A DNA stretch of 62,916 bases, the filler included, from Stramenopiles sp. TOSAG23-6 (Eukaryota), in NCBI GenBank assembly GCA_900128565.1. It is 10 parts of 10 records of this genome, joined end to end, with 100 filler letters (N's around TTAATTAATTAA, not from the genome) between each part and the next. Parts side by side here need not be neighbours in the genome. Positions count along the whole stretch, not along the records: positions 9,573 to 19,013 come from LT636368.1; positions 19,114 to 28,534 come from LT636369.1; 8 more parts are not named here. The stretch is one strand, 5' to 3'. The notes under the pieces are model-generated. The model was not told where the DNA came from. It searched no databases and saw only the letters and a program-made list of their open reading frames with translations. The stretch's first letter is position 1; each line of letters opens with the position of its first letter. Below are positions 11,451-22,649 of the stretch, in pieces. A program made the position numbers and the translations under genes.

Positions 11451-13338
11451 TTATTCATGGATTTTCTTTGCCCGTGCAAACAGAGAATTAATTACTGTAC
11501 CCATATAGTGTGAAAAAATATTCCAAAAAGAAATCGTTAAGTATAAAATTTTCTATAAAAAAATAAATTGAAATTAGAAATTAAAATTCCAAAAAGAAAT
11601 CGTTAAGTATGAAATTTTCTATAAAAAAATAAATTGAAATTAGAAATTAAAATGAAGGATGAAAAACCTACATATTCTTCACAACTCCAATTGCACCCTT
11701 AAATACTCTATCTTCGTTTTGTGGTTCAAAAATAATTAAATGTCCACGTATTGTGAAAAAATATTTCAAAAAAAAATCGTTAGGTACAAAATTTCGTATG
11801 AAAATACACGACCTTGATCCAAAATGCCTTCAAATTTCCCGTCAAGAATCATCTGTGATAATTTATTTTCAACACGTTTCACTGGAAGTCTCATTAATTC
11901 AGCAACATGAGAAATTTCAACACGAGAATGTATCGTGGAAAAATATTTAAAAAAAAAAAAAAAAATTGTTAGGTACAAAATTACCTATGAAAAAATAAAT
12001 TCCAAATTGAAAAAAAATAAAACATACATATGGTTTGATAATTCGATGAAGATTTTGTTCGAGCATCTTTTCATGCAAATTACCCAAGTGGGCTTGAACC
12101 ATGACGTCACCAGAAAGTTGATCTTTGTATTTTTCAATGACACTTTCAAGGTATATATTGTGAAAAATATTTTTTTTGTAAAAAAAATTCGTTAGGTACG
12201 AAATTTCTTACCAAAAAAAAACAAAATTGAAATTCATCATAAAAACGTACTTTCAAGAGATTTTTCTTTATATGCTGCACCTACCGCTCGCATAGCTTCG
12301 ACTTCAATTTTTCCAGGACCCGTTTTGGAGTAACAAGCCATGTGTTTAGACGAAAGGATGTATTGTGAAAAATATTCTTTTTTGTAAAAAACAAATGTTA
12401 GGTACAAATTTTCATAGGAAAAAAATGTAAGGTTAGGGTTTTATGACAACGTACATGCTGGATACTTCTGAGAGTTTATCATTCATAATTTTACTGAGAA
12501 GCATATATTTTAGACATAGGACGGCCTTTGCCTCCAAACGTTCACTAGCCGCTGGATTATCGTTTTTTTTGTCTTTAAAGTTATTAAAAGCTTCGAAAGC
12601 TTCAAAAAAATACGAATATGCAGTTTTGTACTCATGTAACTCGGCATGAAGAATACCAGATTGCATATCAATCTTTCCTTGAAGTGTAGGTGTAACATAC
12701 ATTGAGCTTGCATTACTACGTGCAGTTGTAAGAGCAGCTCGANCTTTTGGTAAATCTTTCAGTTGGTGATACACACGGCTTTCTGTAAGAGAAATTTCTA
12801 CCATGAGTTGTTTATCATCAAGTTTTTTAATTTCACGTACAAGGGAACGTAACTGGCTCAGAGAATCCTTATACTGCTTTCGCTGCAATAAAATACCACC
12901 TAAACGTGCTTGTATGCGGTGACGAAGGTATGTACGTTTTTCGGTGTAACACCAGTTTATACACTCTCTACAGAGTCTTTCGGAAGCTTCCTCTGCCCCG
13001 GCACCTGGAAGAGAGCCAACGCGATCTACTAGCGACTTTACTACTTTTGCCGTTTTGGCTTTTGGAAGGATTTGAAAAAACGGTTGAATGTCTTTCAACA
13101 GTTGACTCAGAGCGTTGACATCACCTTTGCGACCGTGGATTTCTCCCAACATTAAGATGCTACGAGACTTAAGCGAGATGACGTCTTCAGACTCATCGTC
13201 AACGTTTAATATATCACGAAATATTTTCTCAGCATCTACAGTATCACCATTTCTAACCTTTGCCTTTGCTTCCTCAAACTTTGCATCTAATGGTGATATG
13301 TTCTGTCGTGGTTCCTCATCAACATCCATGGCAATCAT
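11451..13338 (-). CDS. RPN6: 26S proteasome lid subunit RPN6/PSMD11, 6 exons
   Basis: [55 protein letters not shown] and [16 protein letters not shown]. Five family introns; TAA at 11451-11453. Confidence 0.95.
11503..11671 (-). mobile_element. Introner-like intron 5 of RPN6 (TSD AT), with an internal tandem duplication
   Basis: AAT AT|GTAGGTTTT...CACTATAT|G GGT gives [10 protein letters not shown]. Confidence 0.8.
11746..11807 (-). mobile_element. Introner-like intron 4 of RPN6, 62 nt, GT...TAC-GT (TSD GT)
   Basis: GGT CGT|GTATTTT...CAATACGT|GGA CAT gives ILDQGRGHLIIF. Confidence 0.85.
11928..12027 (-). mobile_element. Introner-like intron 3 of RPN6 (TSD AT)
   Basis: CCA TAT|GTATGTTTT...GATACAT|TCT CGT GTT gives KPYSRVEI. 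Confidence 0.88.
12153..12250 (-). mobile_element. Introner-like intron 2 of RPN6, GT...AT
   Basis: GAA A|GTACGTTTT...CAATATAT|AC CTT GAA gives [12 protein letters not shown]. Confidence 0.8.
12358..12454 (-). mobile_element. Introner-like intron 1 of RPN6 (TSD AT)
   Basis: AGC AT|GTACGTTG...CAATACAT|C CTT gives EVSSILSSKH. Confidence 0.85.
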
Positions 13339-13443
13339 CGTGAGAAGAGGGAAAACTCTATAAATAAAATTCTCTCTCGAGTGTCTCTTTCAAGTTGAAC
13401 TTGACGTCGTAATTATTTTTTTCTTTTTTTTCGCGCAACGAAA

Positions 13444-13456
13444 GTTACCGGGTAAC
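13444..13456. promoter_or_regulatory. Palindromic upstream motif GTTACCGGGTAAC
   Basis: About 100 nt upstream of the RPN6 start. Near-identical motifs at 24201-24213 and 61003-61015, also upstream of ORFs. Confidence 0.3.
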
Positions 13457-13670
13457 AACTTTGTCATTATAATTTATTTTGTTTGTATTAACTACATATG
13501 AGTAACATATAAATGCTGCAGGCAGTACACCATTCATTATATGTATATATAATACAACAAAAAGTTTTCATTATATTTTTAAGTGAAAATATAGTTTATA
13601 TTAAAAAAATGTAGATTCATAACTTCCTCATTTGATCCCCAATATTAATACGGTACGAACATTTTTCCCC

Positions 13671-14984
13671 TCACATATTATTTAACAAAAAATTGGCAGC
13701 TAATTGTTCATTTTTATCACATGCTAAATATGCTTCTGCTGCCTGTTGTCGAGACACTCCAAGCATATTTTGTAATCTTTGAACAGCTGCACCTTCTTCC
13801 TCTGTAAGCCGAACAACGTGAGCTCCAGGCGGAATACCACCCGGAAGGCCACCTGGAGCACCACCCATACCACCAGCCATCATCTGCTGCATCATTGCCT
13901 GTAAAGCTTCAGGAGGCATACTTCGCATCATCTCCGTCATTTGAGTCAACTGCTCTGGAGAAATTCCTAATTGAGAAGAAATTTGAGCACGTTGTGCTTC
14001 GGGAATATTCTGCATCTGCGAAAGCATTGCCATGATGGCTGGAGGGACACCACTTGCAGCGGCACCACCAGCTCCGGAAGCACCAGCTCCTGAAGCACCA
14101 AACAAATTTTGAGCTTGAGCAGGTGTGATCGTCGCCGCAGCAGCTCCTGTTGCCGGAGTTGCTGCAGCCGCCGTAGTAGCAGGCGGTGTTTCTTCTTGAA
14201 GCATAGCAAGAAAAGCAGCTTTGTTTGCGTCAATAGCTTGCAACAAAGGTGCGTTTGTTCTACCAATATCTATTAATATTTGCGGAAGTTTTGATGGGTC
14301 TCTTTTAATCATTTCCTTCATTTGTGGAAATCCTGGGTCATTTTTTAATCCTTCGAGTAGATCCATAGATGTACTTGAATTAGCAGGTGCTGCAGCTGCA
14401 GTAGTAGTAGGTAATGCAGCGGCAGCTTGAAGATTTTCTGGGATACCATTGAGCAGATATTCTACGGCACGATCAGAGTTATTAAAAGCGGCACGCATAG
14501 CTGCTCTAACTTGCTCTTCAGGGAAACCCATTGATTGAACCATCTCCTGTACAGCTGCTGATGATGCATCGTTAACAACCGGGGCAGCAGCAGGAGTTGC
14601 TGCTGGAGTTGGTGGATTTTCAGGTTTCTCTGGAGCTGCTGGTGTAGAAGGTACAGTAGGAGCTGGGGTTGCCGGAACAGCTGCCGAAGCTGGCGGAGGG
14701 GCAGTAGCAGCAGCAGCAGTGGCAGCAGGCTTTGGTTTAGGTTTCGATTTTTTGCTTTTTCGAGAAACCATGCACACCATAAAATCGTTTTCCTTAACGC
14801 CGTGGTCAGAAAGCTTAGCGTCATCCTTGAGGATTTTACCCGAGAATATAAGCTTCTGTTTTCCAACTTCAAAGGAATTACCCTGAGAAGCTTCGATTAT
14901 TGATTTTACTTCAGCAACCGTATTATTTCCATCAGCATTGACATCGAATGTCGTTCCTTTGAGTGTTTTAATAGTAAGCTTCAT
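13671..14984 (-). CDS. RAD23: UV excision repair / ubiquitin shuttle RAD23
   Basis: N-terminal UBL (QKLIFSGKILKDD), UBA1 (MGFPEEQVRAAMRAAFNNSDRAVEYLL), STI1/XPC-binding region and UBA2 (EAYLACDKNEQLAANFL). Confidence 0.95.
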   Translation of the reverse strand: MKLTIKTLKGTTFDVNADGNNTVAEVKSIIEASQGNSFEVGKQKLIFSGKILKDDAKLSDHGVKENDFMVCMVSRKSKKSKPKPKPAATAAAATAPPPASAAVPATPAPTVPSTPAAPEKPENPPTPAATPAAAPVVNDASSAAVQEMVQSMGFPEEQVRAAMRAAFNNSDRAVEYLLNGIPENLQAAAALPTTTAAAAPANSSTSMDLLEGLKNDPGFPQMKEMIKRDPSKLPQILIDIGRTNAPLLQAIDANKAAFLAMLQEETPPATTAAAATPATGAAAATITPAQAQNLFGASGAGASGAGGAAASGVPPAIMAMLSQMQNIPEAQRAQISSQLGISPEQLTQMTEMMRSMPPEALQAMMQQMMAGGMGGAPGGLPGGIPPGAHVVRLTEEEGAAVQRLQNMLGVSRQQAAEAYLACDKNEQLAANFLLNNM

Positions 14985-15245
14985 TGTGTTTTGTATTATA
15001 TCCCACTTTGTTTCGTNTATCCAATTCTATTTTTTTACCCGAAGAAGAAGTTTGTGCTTCGTGGCGAATTTTCTGGCGAATTCGAAGATATTTTGAGAAA
15101 ATTAAATTAATAAATTCGACGACGCGACTCAATTCAATTTTTTCGATCTGATCGAATGAATTATTCGATCGAAAAGAAACACAAAAGGAACTTTTTGAAC
15201 TTTGTGTAGTAGTCTTGTAAATTACTTGGGGAAGATTCACATAGC

Positions 15246-16702
15246 ATGTCAGATTCAAAAGGAAGCTCAACTTCACCAATTGCAGAACCGATGCTTAAAA
15301 AATCAAAATGTGTATTATCTTCTTCATCTGAAGTTTCTTCTCGTTCATACGTTGTTCTATGCTCTGGAAGTTTCAATCCACCTCATCGCGGTCATATTAT
15401 GGTTGGACTACACGCTGCAAAGTTTTTGAAATCTCAAGGTCATCATGTCGATTCTATTGTATTTTGCCCAATTGCAGATTCATATTTGTGGAATAAGTTG
15501 CAAAATAATTCATCTACTTCTGAAAAGCNAGTTTTCTGTGCACCCATGACTACTCGAATAAAGTTATTACGTTCTTTAATCAAATCAGAAATGGATAACG
15601 AAAAAGGACTTGGCTCCATTTCTGTACCAATCATTGCATCAGACTTTGAACATACTCATGTCGGTTCTTCCCTTTTTCAAAATTCACCTGAATACTGGCG
15701 TAAACGATTCCCAGAAAATCAACAATATTTACGCACCATTCCCACATCATCATTATTACCCGCGTTTTCGGTGAATTGGGCGAAACCTCGCGGTGCTCGC
15801 GTTGCGTTTGTATTTGGTGCGGACAATCTAGCTCACATTCCTTCATGGAATAATTTAGATAATGTTTTTCATTATGCAGACTTACTCATTGTTGGCCGAG
15901 ATTGTTTGCAGCAGGTACGTTTTGTTTTCTTGAATTTTTTTTTTTACTATGAAATTTTGTACCTAACAAAAGAGAAAAAAAATAAACAAAAAAAAATATT
16001 TTCCAAAAATATATGAAGACGCACTTAGATCACATCCATTAAAAGCCTTTCCAAAAAGTGGAATTGAATTTAAAGGTAATCCAAATCGTTTACTACAGCT
16101 AATAGATAGAGTTTTTACTTTGCATGTGACGCCAGTGTCTTATAATGGAGAAGTTTTATTGTACGTTTTTATTTTTATTTGAATTTCATATTTTTTTCGT
16201 AGTAACTTTTGTACCTAACGATTTTTTTTTTTTCGGTAAAAAAAAAAAAAAAAAATATATTTTTTCACAATACTTTGGTGATACAATTGGCGATGTTTCG
16301 CTTACTTTTGATAAGAACAAGTTTATAAAAAATAGTACTACCCCTAATCCTAATCCTAACACAAAGGCTACCATTGACGACTCTTCCACAATATCTACAA
16401 TATCTAACCCTAACCCTACAATATCTGAAAAGGATGAAAGAAATACACCCTGTTGGTTATATCTATTACCACCATTACCAAGTGAGGAAGGTGTCGCAGA
16501 AACATCTTCTACAAGTTTGAAACGTCATTTATTCGACTGTAGAGAGAGTTTCATTTTAAACCCTAACCCTAATGATACAGTATTAAACATNCATGGATAT
16601 AAATCAGTTAAAGATGTTACAAATTTGATAAACGCTTTAAAAGCGAGCGATGAGGCCATGCATTTTTTATGGAATAATAATCAACATCTTGCTACGTATT
16701 AA
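15246..16702 (+). CDS. NMNAT-like nucleotidyltransferase (HxGH), 3 exons
   Basis: SGSFNPPHRGH, FVFGADNL..IPSW and a late TSST motif. Introns 15915-16014 and 16161-16275 keep the frame. Confidence 0.75.
15915..16014 (+). mobile_element. Introner-like intron, GT...AT
   Basis: CAG CAG|GTACGTTTT...AAATATAT|GAA GAC, followed by an open exon up to the next copy. Confidence 0.75.
16161..16275 (+). mobile_element. Introner-like intron, GT...TAC-TT (TSD TT)
   Basis: TTA TT|GTACGTTTT...CACAATACTT|T GGT GAT is in frame. Confidence 0.8.
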
Positions 16703-17023
16703 TTATATATTTTACGTTTCTAAATAATGAACAGCGATATGTTTAAAACAGTAATAAAAAATGTAAATATGATATTTGTGAGTTTTCGAACTTATTCTAA
16801 AATTTATTATATGTTAAAATTTACAAAATAACGGACTGCTTGGGCTTGTGCTGTCATACTAAAAACTAATTTTTTTTTTTGACTGGAACCAGGAGAAGGC
16901 AAGTTGCAAGTTGCAACATCAAGGCACCTACCTTAGCTAGGTTGGAGTTGGACTTTTAGGTTGCATTGATTATTTACACNATCAATTTTATGTTAATATA
17001 AGAATGTTACTGAGCTCAATTTT

Positions 17024-18958
17024 GAGTAGTATTCGAGCCTCTAGAAATTCTTTAGCTCTATTGTCAACAAGTACTGCTGCTGCTGTAGATTGGCCTGGAA
17101 GTAGCAATATCTTAAAGCCGATTTGCAAGGGTACTTCAGGTTATGAAAAACTTGAACTGAACTGGTCTGAAAATATAAGACTTACGAATTCAACAAATAC
17201 AATTGCAACACCCTCAACGTTAGAAGAACTTCAGGATATTGCGCGGGCGGCAAAAGGCGAAGGAAGCTTACGAACTTTGGGTAGTGGTCATAGTTTTAAT
17301 TCAATATGCTGCCCAAATGAAGATGGTGGAACTCTTATTTCGTTATCTTGTTTCTCAGCCATACACTCATTTGATTTAGATTCAATGACAGTATCTGCAG
17401 AAGGCGGTGTGACATATGGTCAACTCAATCGCTGGCTTGCACCTCGAGGTCTTGCTCTGCGGAATATGGCGTCTCTTCCTCATATCACAGTATCTGGTGC
17501 CATTGCCACTGGCTCACACGGATCTGGCATGGAGTTACAAAATTTAGCTGCAGACATTGCTGCACTTGAATTTGTCCGTGCTGATGGTTCTACGATACAA
17601 GCAAAGCGAGATAATTTTCTTCCAGGAAATTCGGTGTCTGTTTTCTGGAATAGTAGCACACATGACGTTGACTCAAATAAAACAATTCCATTAGAAGCTG
17701 CTGCTTGCCATTTAGGTTGTCTTGGTATCATCTCAAAAATAGCAATAGATGTTGTTCCTAGTTATGACATTAGACAATGTGTCCTTCAAGATGTACCTTT
17801 TATGTCATATATAGACAACTTCGAAGCCATATGTCATAATTGTCACGGTATTTCTGCATTCATTGACTTTTCAAAAGATAATGTTGAAGTTTTGTGGATT
17901 CGAGATAAAATCGATAAAAGTAACACAAAAGAAAAGTCTAGATCAAATTTTTCTTCAAAAATGAATTCTCATGGTCAAATTGTACCAGATGATAAAAGTA
18001 TGTACGTTTTCAATGTTTAATCTACAGTTTGATTTCATTTTTTTTGAAAATTTTGTACCTAACAAAAAAAATCAAAAGTTTTTTCAAAAAATATTTTTTT
18101 ACTCAATAGGTACGTTTTGAAAATTAAAAAAAAAATTCTTTTTATATTTTTAACAAAATTTTTTAACTAACAAATTTTACTCCAAAAAAATTGTTTTTTT
18201 CACAATACATCTATGCTACTATTGGAGGAAACGTTTTACGAAAACCTGTACCTTTTCTAGAATCTGGATGTGACGTGTCTACAACCCGTCAAGGTCCATG
18301 TACGTTTGATATGAATTTCTAATTTAATTTTTTTTTGGGTTTGTTTTTTTTTGGTTTCATACGAAATTTTGTACCTAACGATTTTTTTAACTACATTTTT
18401 TTTCACAATACATCTTTTGAAGTCTTACCATTTTTTACTGAAACAGACTCAAAACCTCCGGGTCGAGATACAAAAATGCCGAATATGGCATTACATTCAG
18501 AGTTTCATGTAAGTTTTCAACGTTTCATCATTCAGTTTTTACAAATTTCGAATTTATTTATTTTTATTTTTTCAACGTTTCATCATTCAGTTTTTACAAA
18601 TTTCGAATTTATTTATTTTTTTTTTTCAACGTTTCATCATTCAGTTTTTACAAATTTCGAATTTATTCATTTTTTTTTTCATTGAAAATGTTGTACCTAA
18701 AGACTTTTTTTTAAACTTTTTTTTTTACTATTTTTTTACAATACATATTCCATTTAAGCATGGGAAAAACGCCTTACTCGCAGTTTCAAAGATTGCTCGA
18801 CATTGGCCTGGTTGGGGGGATTGGAATACAGATTCAAGAGATCCTTCTACTGCTGGTATGGTTGTCATGTCAGAAATTAGACTTGTAAAAGCTGATTCAT
18901 TTTGGATGTCACCTCATTATTCAAATACAAGTTCTTCATTTCTTTCTATTCACTTTAC
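17024..18958 (+). CDS. FAD-linked oxidase (alditol oxidase / aldonolactone oxidase family), 3'-partial
   Basis: NWS, GSGHSFN, ASLPHITVSGAIATGSHGSG, LGCLGII, SEFH|IP, EIRLVKADSFWMSP and SIHFT. Confidence 0.85.
18002..18210 (+). mobile_element. Two head-to-tail introner-like copies (18002-18109, 18110-18210) with no exon between them
   Basis: AGT AT|GTACG...CAATAG|GTACG...CAATACAT|C TAT. Removing both copies restores the frame. Confidence 0.75.
18300..18413 (+). mobile_element. Introner-like intron (TSD AT)
   Basis: CCA T|GTACG...CAATACAT|CT TTT gives GPSFEVLPFF. Confidence 0.82.
18509..18746 (+). mobile_element. Introner-like intron (TSD AT) expanded by a 3x internal tandem repeat
   Basis: CAT|GTAAGTTTT...CAATACAT|ATT CCA. 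The unit TTTTCAACGTTTCATCATTCAGTTTTTACAAATTTCGAATTTATT occurs three times. Confidence 0.8.
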
Positions 18959-19174
18959 GTTTTATTTTTTTTTCAATTTCGAATTTTTTTTTCATACGAA
19001 ATTTTGTACCTAANNNNNNNNNNNNNNNNNNNNNNNNNNNNNNNNNNNNNNNNNNNNTTAATTAATTAANNNNNNNNNNNNNNNNNNNNNNNNNNNNNNN
19101 NNNNNNNNNNNNNTTTTTCATACGAAATTTTGTACCTAACGATTTTTTTTTTGAAATATTTTTCCAAAATACTT

Positions 19175-19653
19175 ACTCGAAAACACACGAGAAATAGTCA
19201 ATGAATCGGTTGAAACACTTAAAGAAGAGGCGACAGAGATACTGTACGTTTTCATCATACAGTTAAAAAATAAATGTACCAAAAAAAATGTACCTAACTA
19301 AAAAAAAATTGAAATATTTTTTCACAATACATGTACGTTTGATATGAATGTCTAATTTTTTTTTCATACGAAATTTCGTACCTAACGATTTTTTTAACTA
19401 ATTTTTTTTTTCACAAAACATGGAAGTTGCAGAAGAAGCAGAAGAAGCTGTGAAAGGTCTTGTCGACGAAGTAACAAAAGATGCAACTTTATTATTATCC
19501 GGAGAAGACCCAGAATTTCATGGAGTCAAAGTACGCAACATTGTAAAGTTTGTTATACTGTGGACAGTCGTTGGTGGTTTTCTATACATGACTAGCAATA
19601 CAAATTCATCGACCGACTTAAAAAAAAAATCAAGAAAAAAGAAAAAAAACTGA
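19175..19653 (+). CDS. C-terminal fragment of a tail-anchored-type membrane protein
   Basis: Acidic helix, then hydrophobic FVILWTVVGGFLYM, then a basic tail. Exons 19175-19243 and 19422-19653. Confidence 0.55.
19244..19421 (+). mobile_element. Two head-to-tail introner-like copies (19244-19332, 19333-19421)
   Basis: ATA CT|GTACG...CAATACAT|GTACG...CAAAACAT|G GAA. Both copies are 89 nt; the frame is restored only if both are removed. Confidence 0.78.
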
Positions 19654-19951
19654 TGCTAAATTTTCATTTCATCCGGTGAGGAAAGCATTTATTTTTAATT
19701 TTTAATTTGAGTTTATTTACTGTTCTTGGTACGACTCTACATCCAAAAGGTTTGAAATTAAAATAAATAAAAACACAACAAAAATGATTATTTTTTAAAC
19801 GTCGTGATTTGTTTTTTTAGTTGTATTGTCATGATCAGTACAATGGAAATAATATTTCAAGGGATAAAAAATATACACAAAGATGTTTACCTAGAGATTT
19901 TAAATTATTAGATACACAAAGAAAAATGAATAAACCCAAAAACACTACAAA

Positions 19952-22271
19952 TTATTTATCTTTTTTGCTCAATATTCGATTGTTCAAAACATCATCAAAG
20001 ACTAATGCACGGAATGGTGCAGCAGCGCCCATACATAAGCTATTGTACCGGTTAGAACGAGAATTCATTCTTAGTTGGTACCTTGAGTCTATGGAATGAG
20101 TATGATTAAAATTCAGTATTTTTTCATGATGAACTTGTTTCTCTAGATATGCATCCATGTACATAATCAAAAATTCTAATGGATTTGTATAGTCGTTGAA
20201 ATGGTAATCATGAAATTCATCATGGCGCTCTTCTTTTAAAACATAATTACTCTCAGAATCTTTCCGTACTTCACATGTATTGTGAAAAAATATTTTTTTT
20301 TGTAAAATTTGTTAAGTACAAAATTTACTACGAAAACAAAACATAAATTAAAAATTGAAAAAAAACTAAAACATACCTTTTGTAACAGACCAGTCGATTA
20401 AGTGAGCACACGTCAACAAACTATACGAGAACCCAGTAAATGTCATGCAATGAACACTTGGATTTTTCGTACAAAGCATTCTCAAATTATTGATTTGCTT
20501 ATGTCGAGAAGCACTCATCTCATTTTTTTCTATCATTTCTAATTGGGTACTTTCAATGAATATTTGTATTAGTTTAGCTCTAGATAAAAGAAGGCTAATT
20601 CCAAATGTTAATGCAAAATGTTTCCACTCATTCAAATCCATTGTATTCGTTTGTATCGAGCGTTCTTTATAAGCAAGTATTGTGAAAAAATATTTAAAAA
20701 CAAAAATTGTTAGGTACAACATTTCGTGCCAAAAAAATAAATTAGAAATTCATGATGAAAACGTATCGAAATAAAAACTCAAAAAAAAAAAAATTGTTAG
20801 GTACAAAATTTCGTACGAAAAAAAAATAAATTAGAAATTCATGATGAAAACATACACGTTTTCGGGTCAAAGGAATATTTCGGTATGACAATTTCAAATC
20901 AAGTTTCGAATCTACTTTTTTTGGTTTTGCTACTAAGCTCAAATTATCACTGGCTTGAAGGCCCAATTCAGAAAAATGTTTGAAAATAGATTTTAAACTA
21001 GGTTGATATCGTTGCACAATTTCCTTCACATGAACATTGTTCCTCATTTCATCTACAACATCACTATTATAACTCCAATTTCCATCTTTGAAGATTCGAT
21101 TAGTTAAAAGATACATTAATTTTAGAGAATCCTCGTCGTCATCCATGTGCTTCAAACTACGTGCTATCGTACCATTTCTCATAAAAACAGCTAACTTTCG
21201 AAGCGCATTTGCAAATTGAGAAAATGAAAGGCAAGTTTGGTTCACTACATTTTGCTTTACACGACAAGCTGTCAACTCAGGCTTTATATGAGAATTCTTT
21301 TTTTTGAATATTTTTGTATTTATGTGTTCACTGAGGGCACTGTTATATATTTTCTCTGCATTTAGTACACTAATTGCAATCAACTCACTTAAATCACCTC
21401 TTTCATTTCTTACTTGCATGTTACTTAGCAAAGAATGATCTTTGAGAAATTTCATAAAAGAAATTCGATTCATATACGATAATTCAAAATTTTTTCCAGA
21501 AACTGTATAATAAGTAAATACAGTTTGCAATAATTTCTGTACATTTGACCAATAATTTCCTGCAACAAATTTCGAAGTTTTGTTTTGGTTTGTCATAAAT
21601 CTTTTTACAATTTTGGGTACCGGGAATGTCGTTGATGTTTTTTCATCTTGAGATACACCCAAAAGAAATGGTGATGATTTTTTGTTAGTTACAGAATTTG
21701 GTTCAAATTTTCGTTGGGTTTTAGGTTTGGTTACTTTGCGAAGTTTTCTTTCTAACTCTTCTTCTATTTGTGAAAATATCTTCACATTCTTTTCTTGTTT
21801 TGTTTTTTTCTTTAGATTTTTCCCTTCTTTTTGTAGCTTCTTTACAACCTGTGCAAGTCTCTTTTCTTCCTTTTTTTTGTTTTTTTCTTCCTTTTTTTTG
21901 TTTTTTGCTTCCTTGTTTTTTAGTGTACGCTGTTCTTTATTTTTTTCCTTTGCAATCTTTATCGCTTCCTTTTTTTTCTTTTTTTCCAGTGCAAGTTGTT
22001 CTTTACTTTTTTCCTTCGTAATCTTTAGCGCTTTTTCTTGCGTTTCAATATTTTCCCTTCTTGATGAACCACCTTCGTTCAAAAATGAAAACGCATTTGG
22101 GTCATATAAGTCTTCGTATTGATATTTATCGATTTTATTTACTTTNGTCTCTACACCGTATTTCTCTTCTAAGTCATCTATTGAGTCTTCGCCTATCTCG
22201 GTAGGATCGTCCGAGTCATACTTTTTTTCTATAGCTTTAAAGACTTTATCAACTTCGTCTGTTACATCCAT
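19952..22271 (-). CDS. Hypothetical protein, lysine-rich coiled coil plus helical domains, 3 exons
   Basis: Three ORFs join in frame through introns 20675-20855 and 20275-20376. Confidence 0.65.
20275..20376 (-). mobile_element. Introner-like intron, GT...TAC-AT
   Basis: AAA G|GTATGTTTT...CAATACAT|GT GAA is in frame. Confidence 0.75.
20675..20855 (-). mobile_element. Introner-like intron made of a duplicated element, GT...TAC-TT
   Basis: Two GTACCTAAC cores. CGT|GTATG...CAATACTT|GCT TAT is in frame. Confidence 0.72.
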
Positions 22272-22649
22272 AATTGAAGTATTGTCTATCTATAATAAAA
22301 TCAGGTAAATTACTTAGTATATTGTAGTAATGCTTTGGAGTTGTTGGTGTAATAAACACTGTCGTAGCCACTTGTGCTCAATTGCTTCGTATCTAACTAA
22401 GCCTACTCTGAATCTTCGTCCGTTGGTCCGTTATTTTTGGGGTTAACGTTAAAAAGTAACTCCCACACAACATAGCAAGCGGTTCATACAACTTGTCCTG
22501 TATAGGGTACCCCTTACTGATACCATTGGCCTCGGGAAATGTTGCGCCTAAAGATTAGCGATTAATCTCACAATATGAGATTGCAATAATATATATATAT
22601 ATAGATAGATAAAAGTTTGGCTATCTGATCCAAGCCAAAGTTTTCTAGT

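Noticed and set aside
11503-12454. Repeat-spacer pattern resembling a CRISPR array
   Set aside because: The spacers are consecutive exons of a eukaryotic gene, the repeats vary in length, and no cas genes are present.
12358-12456. Interpretation as U12-type AT-AC introns
   Set aside because: There is no RTATCCTT donor, and copies flanked by AA, TT, GT or AG cannot be AT-AC. Not formally excluded without cDNA.
11451-14984. RPN6 next to RAD23 as a proteasome gene cluster
   Set aside because: A single adjacency in a compact genome; chance cannot be excluded.
21682-22122. Phe-rich ORFs on the + strand
   Set aside because: Antisense shadows of the Lys-rich coding region. Most short overlapping ORFs in the track are similar shadows.
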